A stretch of DNA of 32,000 bases from sequence record CM128185.1; one strand, given 5' to 3'. Shown here piece by piece: positions 15,480 to 26,526 of the stretch (its first letter is position 1; the number at the start of each line of letters is the position of its first letter). The notes below the pieces were generated by a model, which was given only the letters and a program-made list of their open reading frames with translations, was not told the DNA's origin and did no database searches. The position numbers and the translations under genes were made by a program.

Positions 15480-15512
15480 GTACACGTACATCTTTAATAT
15501 ATGTACGTGTAC
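15480..15512 (-). terminator. chlN 3' stem-loop: 12-bp perfect stem, 9-nt loop
   Basis: gtacacgtacat (15480-15491) is the reverse complement of atgtacgtgtac (15501-15512). It lies between the chlN stop (15531) and the trnR 5' end (15479). Confidence 0.75.
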
Positions 15513-15530
15513 TAACAAATTCAAAAAAAA

Positions 15531-16847
<1,317 letters not shown>

Positions 16848-16951
16848 TTATAGTTATTGAATTGTAATCTCTTTAAATATTAATATTTAGATATTTATAA
16901 ACGTAAATTAAAGTATTATTTTTTGATAATTTTATCAATTTTAGGATTTAT

Positions 16952-17818
16952 TTAAATCATTAAAAAGTCTAATTCAGGAGAAACAGGATTACTTGGCGTT
17001 TTTTTAATATTTAAATAAAAATCTGATAATAGCGTAAAAAGTTCACGATCAGCCAATTGATTAGCAACAACACCTTCGGGTTGTGATAATAATTGATCTG
17101 CTATATTAAGATAATAATCACAAATATAATTAAAATTAGGCTCTAATTCAGCCATTTCAAAAAGAGTTTTTCCTTGAACACGCGAAATTCTAATATCTTC
17201 AATCAGCGGTAAAACTTCTAATACAGGCATTGGGCAAGCTTCTACATATTTATCAATTAAATCGCGTTTGGCTGTTCTATTACCAATTAAACCAGCTAAT
17301 CGTAATGGATGTGTGCGTGCTTTTTCTTTAACAGAGGCTACAATTCTATTTGCTGCAAATAAAGCATCAAATCCATTATCAGTAACAATTAAACAATAAT
17401 CTGCGTAATTTAATGGAGCAGCAAATCCTCCACACACCACATCACCTAAAACATCAAAAAGAATAATATCATATTCGTAAAATGCGTTAAGTTCTTTTAA
17501 TAATTTAACAGTTTCACCAACAACATATCCACCACAACCTGCACCCGCCGGAGGACCCCCTGCTTCAACAGAATCTACACCACCATATCCTTGATAAATA
17601 ACATCCTCAGGCCAAACATCTTCATAATGATAGTCTTTTGCTTGTAGTGTATCAATTATTGTTGGAATTAAAAAACCTGTAAGTGTGAAAGTACTATCAT
17701 GTTTTGGGTCACAACCAATTTGTAATACTTTTTTTCCACGTCTTGCTAAAGCTATTGAAATATTACAGCTAGTTGTTGATTTTCCAATACCACCTTTACC
17801 ATAAACAGCTAATTTCAT
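16952..17818 (-). CDS. chlL: light-independent protochlorophyllide reductase iron-sulfur ATP-binding subunit L
   Basis: The ORF extends to 17884, but the internal ATG at 17818 gives [16 protein letters not shown], the NifH/ChlL-type P-loop start, 288 aa. Confidence 0.95.
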   Translation of the reverse strand: MKLAVYGKGGIGKSTTSCNISIALARRGKKVLQIGCDPKHDSTFTLTGFLIPTIIDTLQAKDYHYEDVWPEDVIYQGYGGVDSVEAGGPPAGAGCGGYVVGETVKLLKELNAFYEYDIILFDVLGDVVCGGFAAPLNYADYCLIVTDNGFDALFAANRIVASVKEKARTHPLRLAGLIGNRTAKRDLIDKYVEACPMPVLEVLPLIEDIRISRVQGKTLFEMAELEPNFNYICDYYLNIADQLLSQPEGVVANQLADRELFTLLSDFYLNIKKTPSNPVSPELDFLMI

Positions 17819-18020
17819 AATTATAATATCCTTAAAAGTAAATTTGTAAATAATAATACAGATCAATTTTATTTTAACAAACAATATTAATAGTTGATTA
17901 CATGTTTTAGTATATAATTATTTAAAATATTATTAATTAATATTTAATATATTATTAGGTCTTGCTTTTTTATTTTAAATAATTTATAATAAATAAAAAT
18001 TAAATTATAACTAAAAAAAT

Positions 18021-18953
18021 ATGAATTTTGAAGCAATCGAAACAGAATTATCGCATGGTAATCTAATAACCCTATTTTTAACTACTGTCTATTATTGGAC
18101 AAAATTTTTACGCTACCCAAAAATAGGATATAAGGTTTTCGGCGTATTTGGGATTTTACTTTCAAATTTTTTTATAATTAGTCAACTCTGTTTACGTTGG
18201 CATTTTTCAGGACATTTCCCTTTAAGTGGTCTATATGAATCATTGTTGTTTTTAGCTTGGGTATTACTTTGTTTATATGCTTTTTTAGAAATTTCAACAA
18301 AAAGAGAGTTTGCTGCGTTATTTGTTTCGCCGTTAGTTTTACTTATCGTAGCATTTAGTTATTTTAGTCTGCCTTCATCACTCTATCAATTACACCCGTT
18401 AGTACCAGCTTTACAATCTAATTGGTTATTTATGCATGTTAGTGCAATGATAGTAAGTTATGGGGCATTATTATTAGGTTCTCTTTTTTCAATAAGCTAT
18501 ATATTTATAAATTTTTCTTTTAAACCTCAAGAATATAAAACTCCACCTGCAAATCTAATCAACCAAGATGAGCCAAAACCTATATATGCAATGTATAATA
18601 GTAATTACCCTTTACAAAAAAAAAATAAAGAAACTCAATTACTTTTTTTGGATAATTTTAGTTATAGATTAATCGGAATTGGTTTTTGTTTTTTAACATT
18701 AGGTATTCTTTCTGGGGCTGTTTGGGCTAATGAAACATGGGGAAATTATTGGAGTTGGGATCCAAAAGAAACATGGGCTTTTATAACTTGGTTAGTTTTT
18801 GCTATATATTTACATATGCGGTTTGTTGGTAAATTTAAAGGTATAAAATCAGCTTGGGTCGCTAGTTTTGGTTTTATTATTATTTGGGTTTGTTATTTAG
18901 GTGTGAATTTTTTTGGTAAAGGGCTACATAGTTATGGATTCTTTATAACCTAA
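18021..18953 (+). CDS. ccsA: cytochrome c biogenesis protein CcsA (system II heme lyase subunit)
   Basis: 310-aa polytopic ORF carrying the WWD motif WANETWGNYWSWDPKETWAFITW. Confidence 0.93.
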   Translation: MNFEAIETELSHGNLITLFLTTVYYWTKFLRYPKIGYKVFGVFGILLSNFFIISQLCLRWHFSGHFPLSGLYESLLFLAWVLLCLYAFLEISTKREFAALFVSPLVLLIVAFSYFSLPSSLYQLHPLVPALQSNWLFMHVSAMIVSYGALLLGSLFSISYIFINFSFKPQEYKTPPANLINQDEPKPIYAMYNSNYPLQKKNKETQLLFLDNFSYRLIGIGFCFLTLGILSGAVWANETWGNYWSWDPKETWAFITWLVFAIYLHMRFVGKFKGIKSAWVASFGFIIIWVCYLGVNFFGKGLHSYGFFIT

Positions 18954-19364
18954 TATATTTTCTATTTATTTAAGTTTTTAAATATGTAAGAAAACTGGTT
19001 TTTTTTTATTAAAAGATATATAATTAATAAAAAGGTAGTTTTCTTAATTTATTTGCATATTTAAAACATTATTATTATATTTATTTCTGAGATGATAAAT
19101 TTTAAAACTCTTCAATAAATATAAAATATATAAAACATTTTAATGTTTTTAGTAATTTTTCTAGTATAATAATCTAACTATATAAAATTTTAATCAACTG
19201 GTTATAAAATAAAGTTTAATACAATTTTATACTATAAAAAGAAGTAATTAAAAAATGAATTCAAAATTATTAATAATAATTATTTGAAATTTCTGTAAAA
19301 AAAGATATATAATAAATATAAAATTTTGCAGAATACCTTAAAAAAATTATATTAGGAGAATATA

Positions 19365-19508
19365 ATGGCAGTTCCTAAAAAACGACAATCTAAAACAAGA
19401 AAAAATTTAAGAAAATCACAGTGGAAGGCGCAAGCGTCGGTCCAAGCAAAAAAAGCTTTAGCTAAAGCAAAAACTGTATTAAAATCATTATTAAATAAAG
19501 AAAACTAA
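19365..19508 (+). CDS. rpl32: ribosomal protein L32
   Basis: Not in the ORF track. Hand translation gives [47 protein letters not shown] (47 aa), with the L32 N-terminal signature MAVPKKR.S. AGGAG at 19354-19358. TAA stop. Confidence 0.88.
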   Translation: MAVPKKRQSKTRKNLRKSQWKAQASVQAKKALAKAKTVLKSLLNKEN

Positions 19509-19560
19509 TAATGATTTTAATGCAGTTTATTTAGAAAAAAATAAAAATGAGCGAATTTTT

Positions 19561-20406
19561 ATGAATAAACAAGAAACAACTAGTTTCCACAATTTACCGT
19601 TTTTAAAAAAAACTAATCCAAAATTACTTATAGGAGTAATGCTTGGAAATTATGTATTTTTTATATTAGTTCTTCCACTTTTTGCTCTATTTTCATTAAT
19701 TTTTAAAAATAGTTGGAGAGAAATTTTAGAAAAAGCATTAGATCCTATTGCAATTTCGGCTTATGCTTTTACTATTAAAATGGCTTTAACAGCAGCTCTT
19801 TTAAATAGTGTTTTTGGGTTTTTAATTACATGGATGATCACTCGTTATGAATTTAGGGGTAAAAGATTTGTAGATGCTGCGGTTGATTTACCTTTTGCTT
19901 TACCAACATCAGTTGCAGGCCTTACTTTAGCTACAGTTTATGGACACCAAGGTTGGGTTGGTAATTATCTAAAAATGGCAAACATTCAAATTATTTATAC
20001 AAGATTTGGTGTACTTTTAGCTATGATTTTTGTATCTTTCCCTTTTGTAATAAGATCATTACAACCGGTATTACAAGAATTTGATCATGGTTTAGAAGAA
20101 GCTGCATGGGGTATGGGTGCAAGTTCATTTCAAACTTTTTTGCGGGTTATTTTTCCTACATTGGTGCCAGCATTAGTTACCGGATTTACATTAAGTTTTT
20201 CGCGAGCATTGGGTGAATTTGGTTCTGTTGTTATGATTTCATCTAATCTTCCATTAGATGATTTAGTAACCTCAGTTTTAATTTATCAATCATTAGAGCA
20301 ATATGATTATTTTGGAGCGTCTGTTATAGGTGCTGTAATATTACTTCTTGCTTTAATTATTATTTTTTTAGTAAATACAGCACAATCTTTCTATTCTCGT
20401 CGTTAA
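19561..20406 (+). CDS. cysT: sulfate ABC transporter permease
   Basis: 281-aa polytopic ORF with an ABC permease EAA-type loop (EEAAWGMGASSFQTFLRVIFP) and FALPTSVAGL. Matches the plastid CysT known from green algae. Confidence 0.9.
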   Translation: MNKQETTSFHNLPFLKKTNPKLLIGVMLGNYVFFILVLPLFALFSLIFKNSWREILEKALDPIAISAYAFTIKMALTAALLNSVFGFLITWMITRYEFRGKRFVDAAVDLPFALPTSVAGLTLATVYGHQGWVGNYLKMANIQIIYTRFGVLLAMIFVSFPFVIRSLQPVLQEFDHGLEEAAWGMGASSFQTFLRVIFPTLVPALVTGFTLSFSRALGEFGSVVMISSNLPLDDLVTSVLIYQSLEQYDYFGASVIGAVILLLALIIIFLVNTAQSFYSRR

Positions 20407-20544
20407 TTTTATATTGAATTTAGAAAATTGTGTTTTTATATTTTGTTATATAATTTATTTTAAATTATTCATTAACTAAAAGAAAAAGGGTATATGGCTC
20501 TTTTTACTTTTTTTATTAAAAAGAACTTATTATATATTTAGTAT

Positions 20545-23500
20545 ATGTCATTAAGTGAAAATATTCGCGATTATGTTGAAGTATTAGCTGGAGTTACTGA
20601 AACGCCAGGTAATCCTATCGAGTTTGAAAAATTTATTTCGGAAAGTTTACTTTACGTTTTAAAAATATGTCAAACTTGTATTTTACAGTTTTTAAGTTTT
20701 CAATGGATTCGTGATTTTAGTCTATTACCTATAAAAATACCAGCTTTTTATGAATCACTCGTTGGGCAAACGCCCCCAGGATCTTTATTTGATTTTTTAG
20801 AGATTTTACATGTAGAGCAAAATCCTTTATTAGTTGGGTTTTTAAATAGTGCTTTTTTCACGCTTCCATTTTCTATAATACATATTATTTCAATTAGAAG
20901 ATTATTAATTCAAGGAATCCCAGCTGCCGTTTTTTCTTTTGGTGGTTATATTGCTGGTCAAATTGTGTTTATTAGTTGTGTTACTTTTGGTATACAAGGT
21001 ATAATTATTCCATGGTTAACATTAGAACCGTTAAACTATATTGCTGGCTTAATTCTTGTTGCGCGCATTATTTTTTCATTACGGTTTGAAAGTTTACTTG
21101 CATTAAAAACTTGGCATCACCCAAAATATAAAAAATTTTTTATATATAGTTTTTTAATGGCATGGTGTGAGCAAGGCGCTATTTTTCAATTTTTAAGTAA
21201 TGTGACTTTTTCAGCAAACCCAACAATTTTACAAGGGTTTACTTCGAATCATTTAGGGTTAAGTATTGCCAATAATTTTTTATATATAACTGGCATTTTA
21301 CTTGGATCTGTTGTTTTTACAAGCTTCTGGATGTGGTTTTTTTTAAAAGTAAAAAACTTTGTACTTGACCGTACGATGTTTTATACTAGTAAAATTATAT
21401 CTGATATTAATAGAGTTTCTTTTATTTGCTCAATAGCTATTAGTTTAGCAACTCTTCCTTATTATGCTTATAATTATATATTAACAGGACCACTTGGTTT
21501 TGTTTCAGAAGACGACGTTTTTGAATCGACAATATTTAGTCATAATTCGGTACCAGATATTTCTCCTGAATTCAGTTATATTACTGAAGGAAAACTGATG
21601 GAATTAAAACTATTTCCTTTTAATAGGGGTCAATATTTAGTTTATCCGGGAGAGGATATTACAGTGAGTATGGAGGAATTATCTTATCGATCTGATTATG
21701 CGTGGGTGAGAAGAGTGGAAAAATTATCATTAGATGTGGTTTCTACTCATATTAAAGGACAGCGATTAGCAGAAAATTTAGGATTTAATAGAGTAACTCA
21801 ATCTCAATCAGAGCGGGTTTTACCACAAGAAACTCCATTGATATTTTATCGTCTTGAATTAAACAATAAGATGAAAAAAAATGATAAAATTCAGGAGATT
21901 ATAAATAATATATTTGCACCAACTTCTGAATCATCCACTACATCATCTTCTGTGGCTTATTCTGCACCTGCACATAATGAACCAATAACATTTACGGACT
22001 ACTTAAAAAAACAATACGAAGAGTTAGGTATTGAGTATGATCCTATTAAAGCTAAAAAGTATATAGAAACTGCTCGAGAGGTAGCGGAAATTCAACCTAT
22101 TGTTGAAGAAAAACAGGTTACTAAGAAAAAAAGAAAAGTTAATTCAGAGGAGCCAAAAGAACCCCATCAAGTAATACTTGATAGATTTTATTACTGGTAT
22201 GATTTTGAAGATGTTAGTACCGATGAAGATGATCGCCTTCAGAGCTTCATTATAAGAAATAATGTACAAGGTATGTATCTTTTTCCTCAAGCTTTCATTC
22301 AAAATGAAGTTACTCTTGGTGAAATCCATCAACAAATATCATTACGTCTTAAACAGCAATATAATTCAAGCTGGATTTTCAAAAGTTTATTAAAATTGGA
22401 TATTGATTGCTTATTAAATCGACAACCTCGAAAATTTCGTTTAAGTGGAGAGCATGAATATGATTTATTAGCAAAACGAAATATTTTAGCTAAATATTAT
22501 GATTCTTTACGTTTTTATACAAAAATGCCGTATTCAAATATATTTGAAGAATTTTTTAGTGGCTCAAAAAACTTAACTAGTCAAGTTTATAATCAACAAT
22601 TTACAGGAACTTTGCGAAATCTTACTAAATATTTTAGTTTAACAGTAGATGAAGAATTAGATTTTAGTAAAAATAATTTTTTAGAATATATTGCTAGTCA
22701 TGATTTTGATTTCTTAAAAGAAGATGATCTTCAATTAATTTGTGAAGAGGCTGTTTATGAAGATGAGGAAGCGGAAGAAAATGACGAAACAAATGAAGAG
22801 GAAAATCAAAATAATGACGAACTAAATTTAATTAATGAGGATGAAAATAGTGTTGAAAGCCAAACTTTAGATTTTGCGAACCGTGACAATGAGGTAACTG
22901 TTGCAGAAAATGAAGAAGAGGAAAAAGACGGAGAAGATGAGGAAGCGGAAGAAGACGAAGAAGATGAGGAGAATGAGGAAGATATAATCAAGATCCTCAG
23001 TAACAACCAAAATACTGGAAAATACAATTATATTGATGGGTTAGAAAAAATAAAACGTACTAAATTAGTTTTAAAATTTGATCAACCTCTTTATAAACTT
23101 AATGATTCAGATATTGGTCCTGAGCCTCACGAAGAATTATATGATTTAATTAATAATTCTAATAAAACAGAGTATGATAATGTTGCTTTGGATGATCAAT
23201 ATAGTTTACCTTTATATGTTGGGTGGGATGAAGAGTCACGAAAATTAATGATTACTAACAAAGCAATAACAAGAAAATTTGCTGGTTCATATATGTACGT
23301 TACTCCAGAATTTATAAAAAATTCTACTACTGATACACCAAATGAATATTTATCGAAAAAGCAATATCATTCAGTACATGCAGAAGCTCAAGTAAAAAAT
23401 TATTTAAAAATACAATCTTTAAAAAAAGAACAGGCAAACCAACTCATCAAGTTTACTTGTTGGCCACTTGCTGAAGAGGAATTTAAAATACTTCCACATG

Positions 23501-23832
23501 AAAATACAGTACCTTATGTTGTATTAAAAGAACGAAAAGAGCAAGTTGTAATCGAACCCCAAGATGAGTATATGGTAGAACTCTTTGAAGCTGTTAAAGA
23601 TAAAGGGATACCTGCTACTCGAGAATGGCTAATGGAATACATGCTTGAACCAAATAAAAGAGACTACCGTCCTTTATTACGAAAATTAACTCCTAAAAAA
23701 GGTGGATTTATTTGGCCTGGAAATACAGATGAGACCATTCCTGGACAAGAAAAACGTAAGCCAAGATTATTTCCATCATTAGCTCTAAGTGAAAAAATGG
23801 CTATACTTAATTTGGCGTCAAAACAATCATAA
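20545..23832 (+). CDS. ycf1: large poorly conserved ORF, ycf1 (Tic214-like)
   Basis: 1095-aa ORF. Residues ~95-310 form several hydrophobic helices, with GFLNSAFFTLPFS...GGYIAGQIVFIS resembling the Ycf1 N-terminal pattern (GF.TTFSIGPS...GFITGQL.MFIS). The rest is a K/E/D-rich hydrophilic domain. No Walker motifs, so not ftsH/ycf2. Confidence 0.6.
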   Translation: MSLSENIRDYVEVLAGVTETPGNPIEFEKFISESLLYVLKICQTCILQFLSFQWIRDFSLLPIKIPAFYESLVGQTPPGSLFDFLEILHVEQNPLLVGFLNSAFFTLPFSIIHIISIRRLLIQGIPAAVFSFGGYIAGQIVFISCVTFGIQGIIIPWLTLEPLNYIAGLILVARIIFSLRFESLLALKTWHHPKYKKFFIYSFLMAWCEQGAIFQFLSNVTFSANPTILQGFTSNHLGLSIANNFLYITGILLGSVVFTSFWMWFFLKVKNFVLDRTMFYTSKIISDINRVSFICSIAISLATLPYYAYNYILTGPLGFVSEDDVFESTIFSHNSVPDISPEFSYITEGKLMELKLFPFNRGQYLVYPGEDITVSMEELSYRSDYAWVRRVEKLSLDVVSTHIKGQRLAENLGFNRVTQSQSERVLPQETPLIFYRLELNNKMKKNDKIQEIINNIFAPTSESSTTSSSVAYSAPAHNEPITFTDYLKKQYEELGIEYDPIKAKKYIETAREVAEIQPIVEEKQVTKKKRKVNSEEPKEPHQVILDRFYYWYDFEDVSTDEDDRLQSFIIRNNVQGMYLFPQAFIQNEVTLGEIHQQISLRLKQQYNSSWIFKSLLKLDIDCLLNRQPRKFRLSGEHEYDLLAKRNILAKYYDSLRFYTKMPYSNIFEEFFSGSKNLTSQVYNQQFTGTLRNLTKYFSLTVDEELDFSKNNFLEYIASHDFDFLKEDDLQLICEEAVYEDEEAEENDETNEEENQNNDELNLINEDENSVESQTLDFANRDNEVTVAENEEEEKDGEDEEAEEDEEDEENEEDIIKILSNNQNTGKYNYIDGLEKIKRTKLVLKFDQPLYKLNDSDIGPEPHEELYDLINNSNKTEYDNVALDDQYSLPLYVGWDEESRKLMITNKAITRKFAGSYMYVTPEFIKNSTTDTPNEYLSKKQYHSVHAEAQVKNYLKIQSLKKEQANQLIKFTCWPLAEEEFKILPHENTVPYVVLKERKEQVVIEPQDEYMVELFEAVKDKGIPATREWLMEYMLEPNKRDYRPLLRKLTPKKGGFIWPGNTDETIPGQEKRKPRLFPSLALSEKMAILNLASKQS
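22759..22952 (+). repeat. exact 20-nt direct repeat gaagatgaggaagcggaaga (22759-22778 and 22933-22952) within the ycf1 acidic tract
   Basis: Both copies were read directly. They flank or lie within an almost purine-only Glu/Asp-coding stretch. Confidence 0.9.
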
Positions 23833-23845
23833 TATTAATTTTTCT

Positions 23846-23885
23846 GCTTAAAATATAAAATGAAATTTCATTTTATATTTTAAGC
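23846..23885 (+). terminator. perfect 40-nt palindrome downstream of ycf1
   Basis: gcttaaaatataaaatgaaa and tttcattttatattttaagc are exact reverse complements with no spacer. Confidence 0.8.
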
Positions 23886-23888
23886 CAT

Positions 23889-23942
23889 TATCTTTATAAT
23901 ATAATTCTGTATAATTTTATACAGAATTATATTATAAAGATA
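23889..23942 (+). terminator. second ycf1 3' inverted repeat: 25-bp perfect stem, 4-nt loop
   Basis: tatctttataatataattctgtata (23889-23913) is the reverse complement of tatacagaattatattataaagata (23918-23942). Confidence 0.8.
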
Positions 23943-24132
23943 TATTGAACCCTAATAAAATTTATTTTAAAACACTAACTAGTAAGCAAAAATGTATAAA
24001 TAAAATATTATAATTGATGGTATAATAATAAAAATAATAATTTATAAAAATAAAAAAAAGTTATTAGTATTTTTTATTTTTTAATATAGAAAGAAAGTAA
24101 ATAAATGAAATTTTTAAAATATAAGTATTTTT

Positions 24133-25659
24133 ATGGGTCTTCCTTGGTTTCGTGTACATACAGTAGTATTAAATGACCCAGGTCGTTTAATTTCTGTTCA
24201 TTTAATGCACACAGCATTAGTTTCTGGTTGGGCAGGTTCAATGGCCTTTTATGAACTTGCAGTTTTTGATCCATCAGATCCTGTATTAAACCCTATGTGG
24301 CGTCAAGGGATGTTTGTATTACCCTTTATGACACGATTAGGTGTTACTCAATCATGGGGTGGTTGGACTATTAGTGGAGAAACAGCGAATAATCCTGGAA
24401 TTTGGAGTTATGAAGGTGTAGCAGCATCTCATATTATATTATCTGGATTATTATTTGCAGCTTCAATTTGGCATTGGGTTTATTGGGATTTAGAACTTTT
24501 CCGTGACCCACGTACAGGAAACCCTGCTTTAGATTTACCAAAAATTTTTGGTATTCATCTTTTCTTATCAGGTTTAGCTTGTTTTGGTTTTGGTGCTTTT
24601 CACGTAACTGGTTTATTTGGTCCTGGTATTTGGGTATCAGATCCTTATGGTATTAGTGGAAGTGTTCAGCCCGTATCACCATCTTGGGATGCTACAGGAT
24701 TTGATCCTTTTAATCCTGGTGGAGTTCCGGCGCACCATATTGCAGCTGGTATTCTTGGTATATTAGCAGGTTTGTTTCATCTTTGTGTTCGACCTCCACA
24801 ACGCCTATATAATGGCTTACGAATGGGAAACATAGAAACAGTACTTTCTAGTAGTATCGCAGCAGTTTTTTGGGCAGCTTTTGTTGTTTCTGGAACAATG
24901 TGGTATGGTTCTTCTTCTACTCCAGTAGAATTATATGGACCAACGCGTTACCAATGGGATTTAGGGTTTTTCCAACAAGAAATTGAACGCCGCGTACAGA
25001 GCAGTATTGGTAGTGGAAAATCAGCAACAGCAGCATGGTCTGAAATACCAGAAAAACTAGTATTTTATGATTATATTGGAAATAATCCAGCGAAAGGTGG
25101 ACTTTTCCGTACAGGTGCTATGAATAGTGGTGATGGTATTGCTGTAGGTTGGTTAGGACACGCAGTATTTAAAGATAAACAGGGTAATCAATTATTTGTT
25201 CGACGTATGCCGACTTTCTTTGAAACTTTCCCAGTTTTACTTGTTGATAATAATGGTGTTGTTCGAGCTGATGTACCATTCCGTAGAGCAGAATCAAAAT
25301 ATAGTATTGAACAAGTAGGTGTTTCAGTTACTTTTTATGGTGGTGAATTAGATGGTGTTACTTTTTCTGATCCCGCTACTGTTAAAAAATACGCACGTCG
25401 TGCTCAATTAGGTGAAGTTTTTGAATTTGATAGATCAACTTTACAATCTGATGGTGTTTTCCGTACAAGCCCACGTGGTTGGTTTACTTTTGCACATTTA
25501 ATTTTTGCTTTATTTTTCTTTATTGGACATATTTGGCACGGCGCTCGAACTATTTTCCGAGATGTTTTTGCAGGTATTGATGCTGACTTAGACGAACAAA
25601 TCGAATTCGGTGCATTTCAAAAACTTGGTGATAAATCTACGCCTCGACAATCAATATAA
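24133..25659 (+). CDS. psbB: photosystem II CP47 chlorophyll apoprotein
   Basis: 508-aa ORF starting [35 protein letters not shown]. Confidence 0.98.
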   Translation: MGLPWFRVHTVVLNDPGRLISVHLMHTALVSGWAGSMAFYELAVFDPSDPVLNPMWRQGMFVLPFMTRLGVTQSWGGWTISGETANNPGIWSYEGVAASHIILSGLLFAASIWHWVYWDLELFRDPRTGNPALDLPKIFGIHLFLSGLACFGFGAFHVTGLFGPGIWVSDPYGISGSVQPVSPSWDATGFDPFNPGGVPAHHIAAGILGILAGLFHLCVRPPQRLYNGLRMGNIETVLSSSIAAVFWAAFVVSGTMWYGSSSTPVELYGPTRYQWDLGFFQQEIERRVQSSIGSGKSATAAWSEIPEKLVFYDYIGNNPAKGGLFRTGAMNSGDGIAVGWLGHAVFKDKQGNQLFVRRMPTFFETFPVLLVDNNGVVRADVPFRRAESKYSIEQVGVSVTFYGGELDGVTFSDPATVKKYARRAQLGEVFEFDRSTLQSDGVFRTSPRGWFTFAHLIFALFFFIGHIWHGARTIFRDVFAGIDADLDEQIEFGAFQKLGDKSTPRQSI

Positions 25660-25722
25660 AATAATTTTAGGTTGATTAAATATTAATTTGTGTGTTTAAC
25701 ATAAATTTTTATTATATAAAAT

Positions 25723-25780
25723 TAAATAAACGTTTTTTTTACTTAAGCTAAAAAATTTAAGTAAAAAAAACGTTTATTTA
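25723..25780 (+). terminator. psbB 3' inverted repeat: 24-bp perfect stem, 10-nt loop
   Basis: taaataaacgttttttttacttaa (25723-25746) is the reverse complement of ttaagtaaaaaaaacgtttattta (25757-25780). Confidence 0.8.
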
Positions 25781-25815
25781 TATTAAAAAATTAAATATAT
25801 AAATAAGCAGTTAAT

Positions 25816-25914
25816 ATGGAAGCATTAGTTTATACGTTTTTATTAGTCGGTACTCTAGGTATTATATTTTTTTCGATTTTCTTTAGAGAACCTCCACGCG
25901 TTCCTGGTAAATAA
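25816..25914 (+). CDS. psbT: photosystem II protein T
   Basis: Not in the ORF track. Hand translation gives [32 protein letters not shown] (32 aa). Sits in the conserved psbB-psbT-(psbN)-psbH context. Confidence 0.92.
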
Positions 25915-25948
25915 TGTTGGTGTTATTTAAATAAAAAATCTATTTTAT

Positions 25949-25988
25949 GAAGATTAATATTAAAAGAATTCTTTTAATATTAATCTTC
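25949..25988. terminator. perfect 40-nt palindrome shared by convergent psbT and psbN
   Basis: gaagattaatattaaaagaa and ttcttttaatattaatcttc are exact reverse complements. The right arm holds the last two sense codons and the stop of psbN (gaa gat taa on the minus strand). Confidence 0.85.
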
Positions 25989-26114
25989 ATGCTCTTCAAA
26001 AGGATCTCTCAATTCTTGCGAAGGTGGGCCAAAGCCTATATAAATTGAATAACCTGTAATGGTTATAAGTAAACACCACAAAAAAATAGTAATAAAAATA
26101 GCTGAATTTTCCAT
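25980..26114 (-). CDS. psbN: PsbN (photosystem II assembly factor)
   Basis: The ORF extends to 26192, but the internal ATG at 26114 gives [44 protein letters not shown] (44 aa), the canonical PsbN length and C-terminus. Opposite strand, between psbT and psbH. Confidence 0.92.
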   Translation of the reverse strand: MENSAIFITIFLWCLLITITGYSIYIGFGPPSQELRDPFEEHED

Positions 26115-26257
26115 AATTTTTTTCCCTAATACATTATATATTAATAATAAATACCCACAAAATCGAAAAATTTCAATAAAATTTAAACTCAATATTTAAT
26201 TTGTAAATTCACATAAAAATATAGAAAGTAAATTAAATACAATTTTTATTTAAAATT

Positions 26258-26503
26258 ATGGCAACTGGAACTACATCTGGCAGAAAAGCTTCAAATACAC
26301 AAAATATTCAACCTGGCAAAATAACTTCTTTGGGAACACTACTAAAACCTTTAAATTCTGAATATGGTAAAGTAGCCCCAGGATGGGGTACTACTGCAAT
26401 AATGGGGATTTTTATGGGATTATTTGCAGTTTTTCTTGTAATTATTCTTGAAATCTACAATAGTTCTGTTCTTTTAGAAGACATTACTGTGAGTTGGAAA
26501 TAA
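26258..26503 (+). CDS. psbH: photosystem II phosphoprotein H
   Basis: 81-aa ORF containing [19 protein letters not shown] and one transmembrane helix. Confidence 0.95.
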   Translation: MATGTTSGRKASNTQNIQPGKITSLGTLLKPLNSEYGKVAPGWGTTAIMGIFMGLFAVFLVIILEIYNSSVLLEDITVSWK

Positions 26504-26526
26504 AAAATAAAAAAAAGATTTGATTT

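Noticed and set aside
18954-19364. The longest spacers (18954-19364, 23833-24132, 29056-29299) as possible hiding places for small genes or ncRNAs such as rnpB, tmRNA, petG, psbI or psaI.
   Set aside because: I read both strands. They are almost pure A/T, with no ORF giving a recognisable small photosynthetic peptide. I saw no conserved RNase P (GAGGAAAGTCC-type) or tmRNA motifs.
22806-23027. Antisense 73-aa poly-Ser ORF inside ycf1.
   Set aside because: It is the reverse complement of the GAA/GAG/GAT-rich acidic tract, which reads TCT/TCC/TCA on the other strand. It is an automatic consequence of that tract and not an independent gene.
24008-24025. TATAAT-type boxes upstream of protein genes, such as TGgTATAAT at 24017-25 before psbB and TTTACA-N17-TATAAT at 4913-4941 before atpB.
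   Set aside because: TATAAT-like hexamers are expected by chance every few hundred nt in spacers this AT-rich. Without a good -35 or mapped 5' ends I cannot separate signal from noise, so only the three candidates with strong -35 boxes were listed.
24105-24176. Short upstream ORF starting atgaaatttttaaaat... just before and overlapping the psbB start, out of frame.
   Set aside because: The peptide is AT-rich and random-looking, with no SD. Chance ATGs are common in these leaders.
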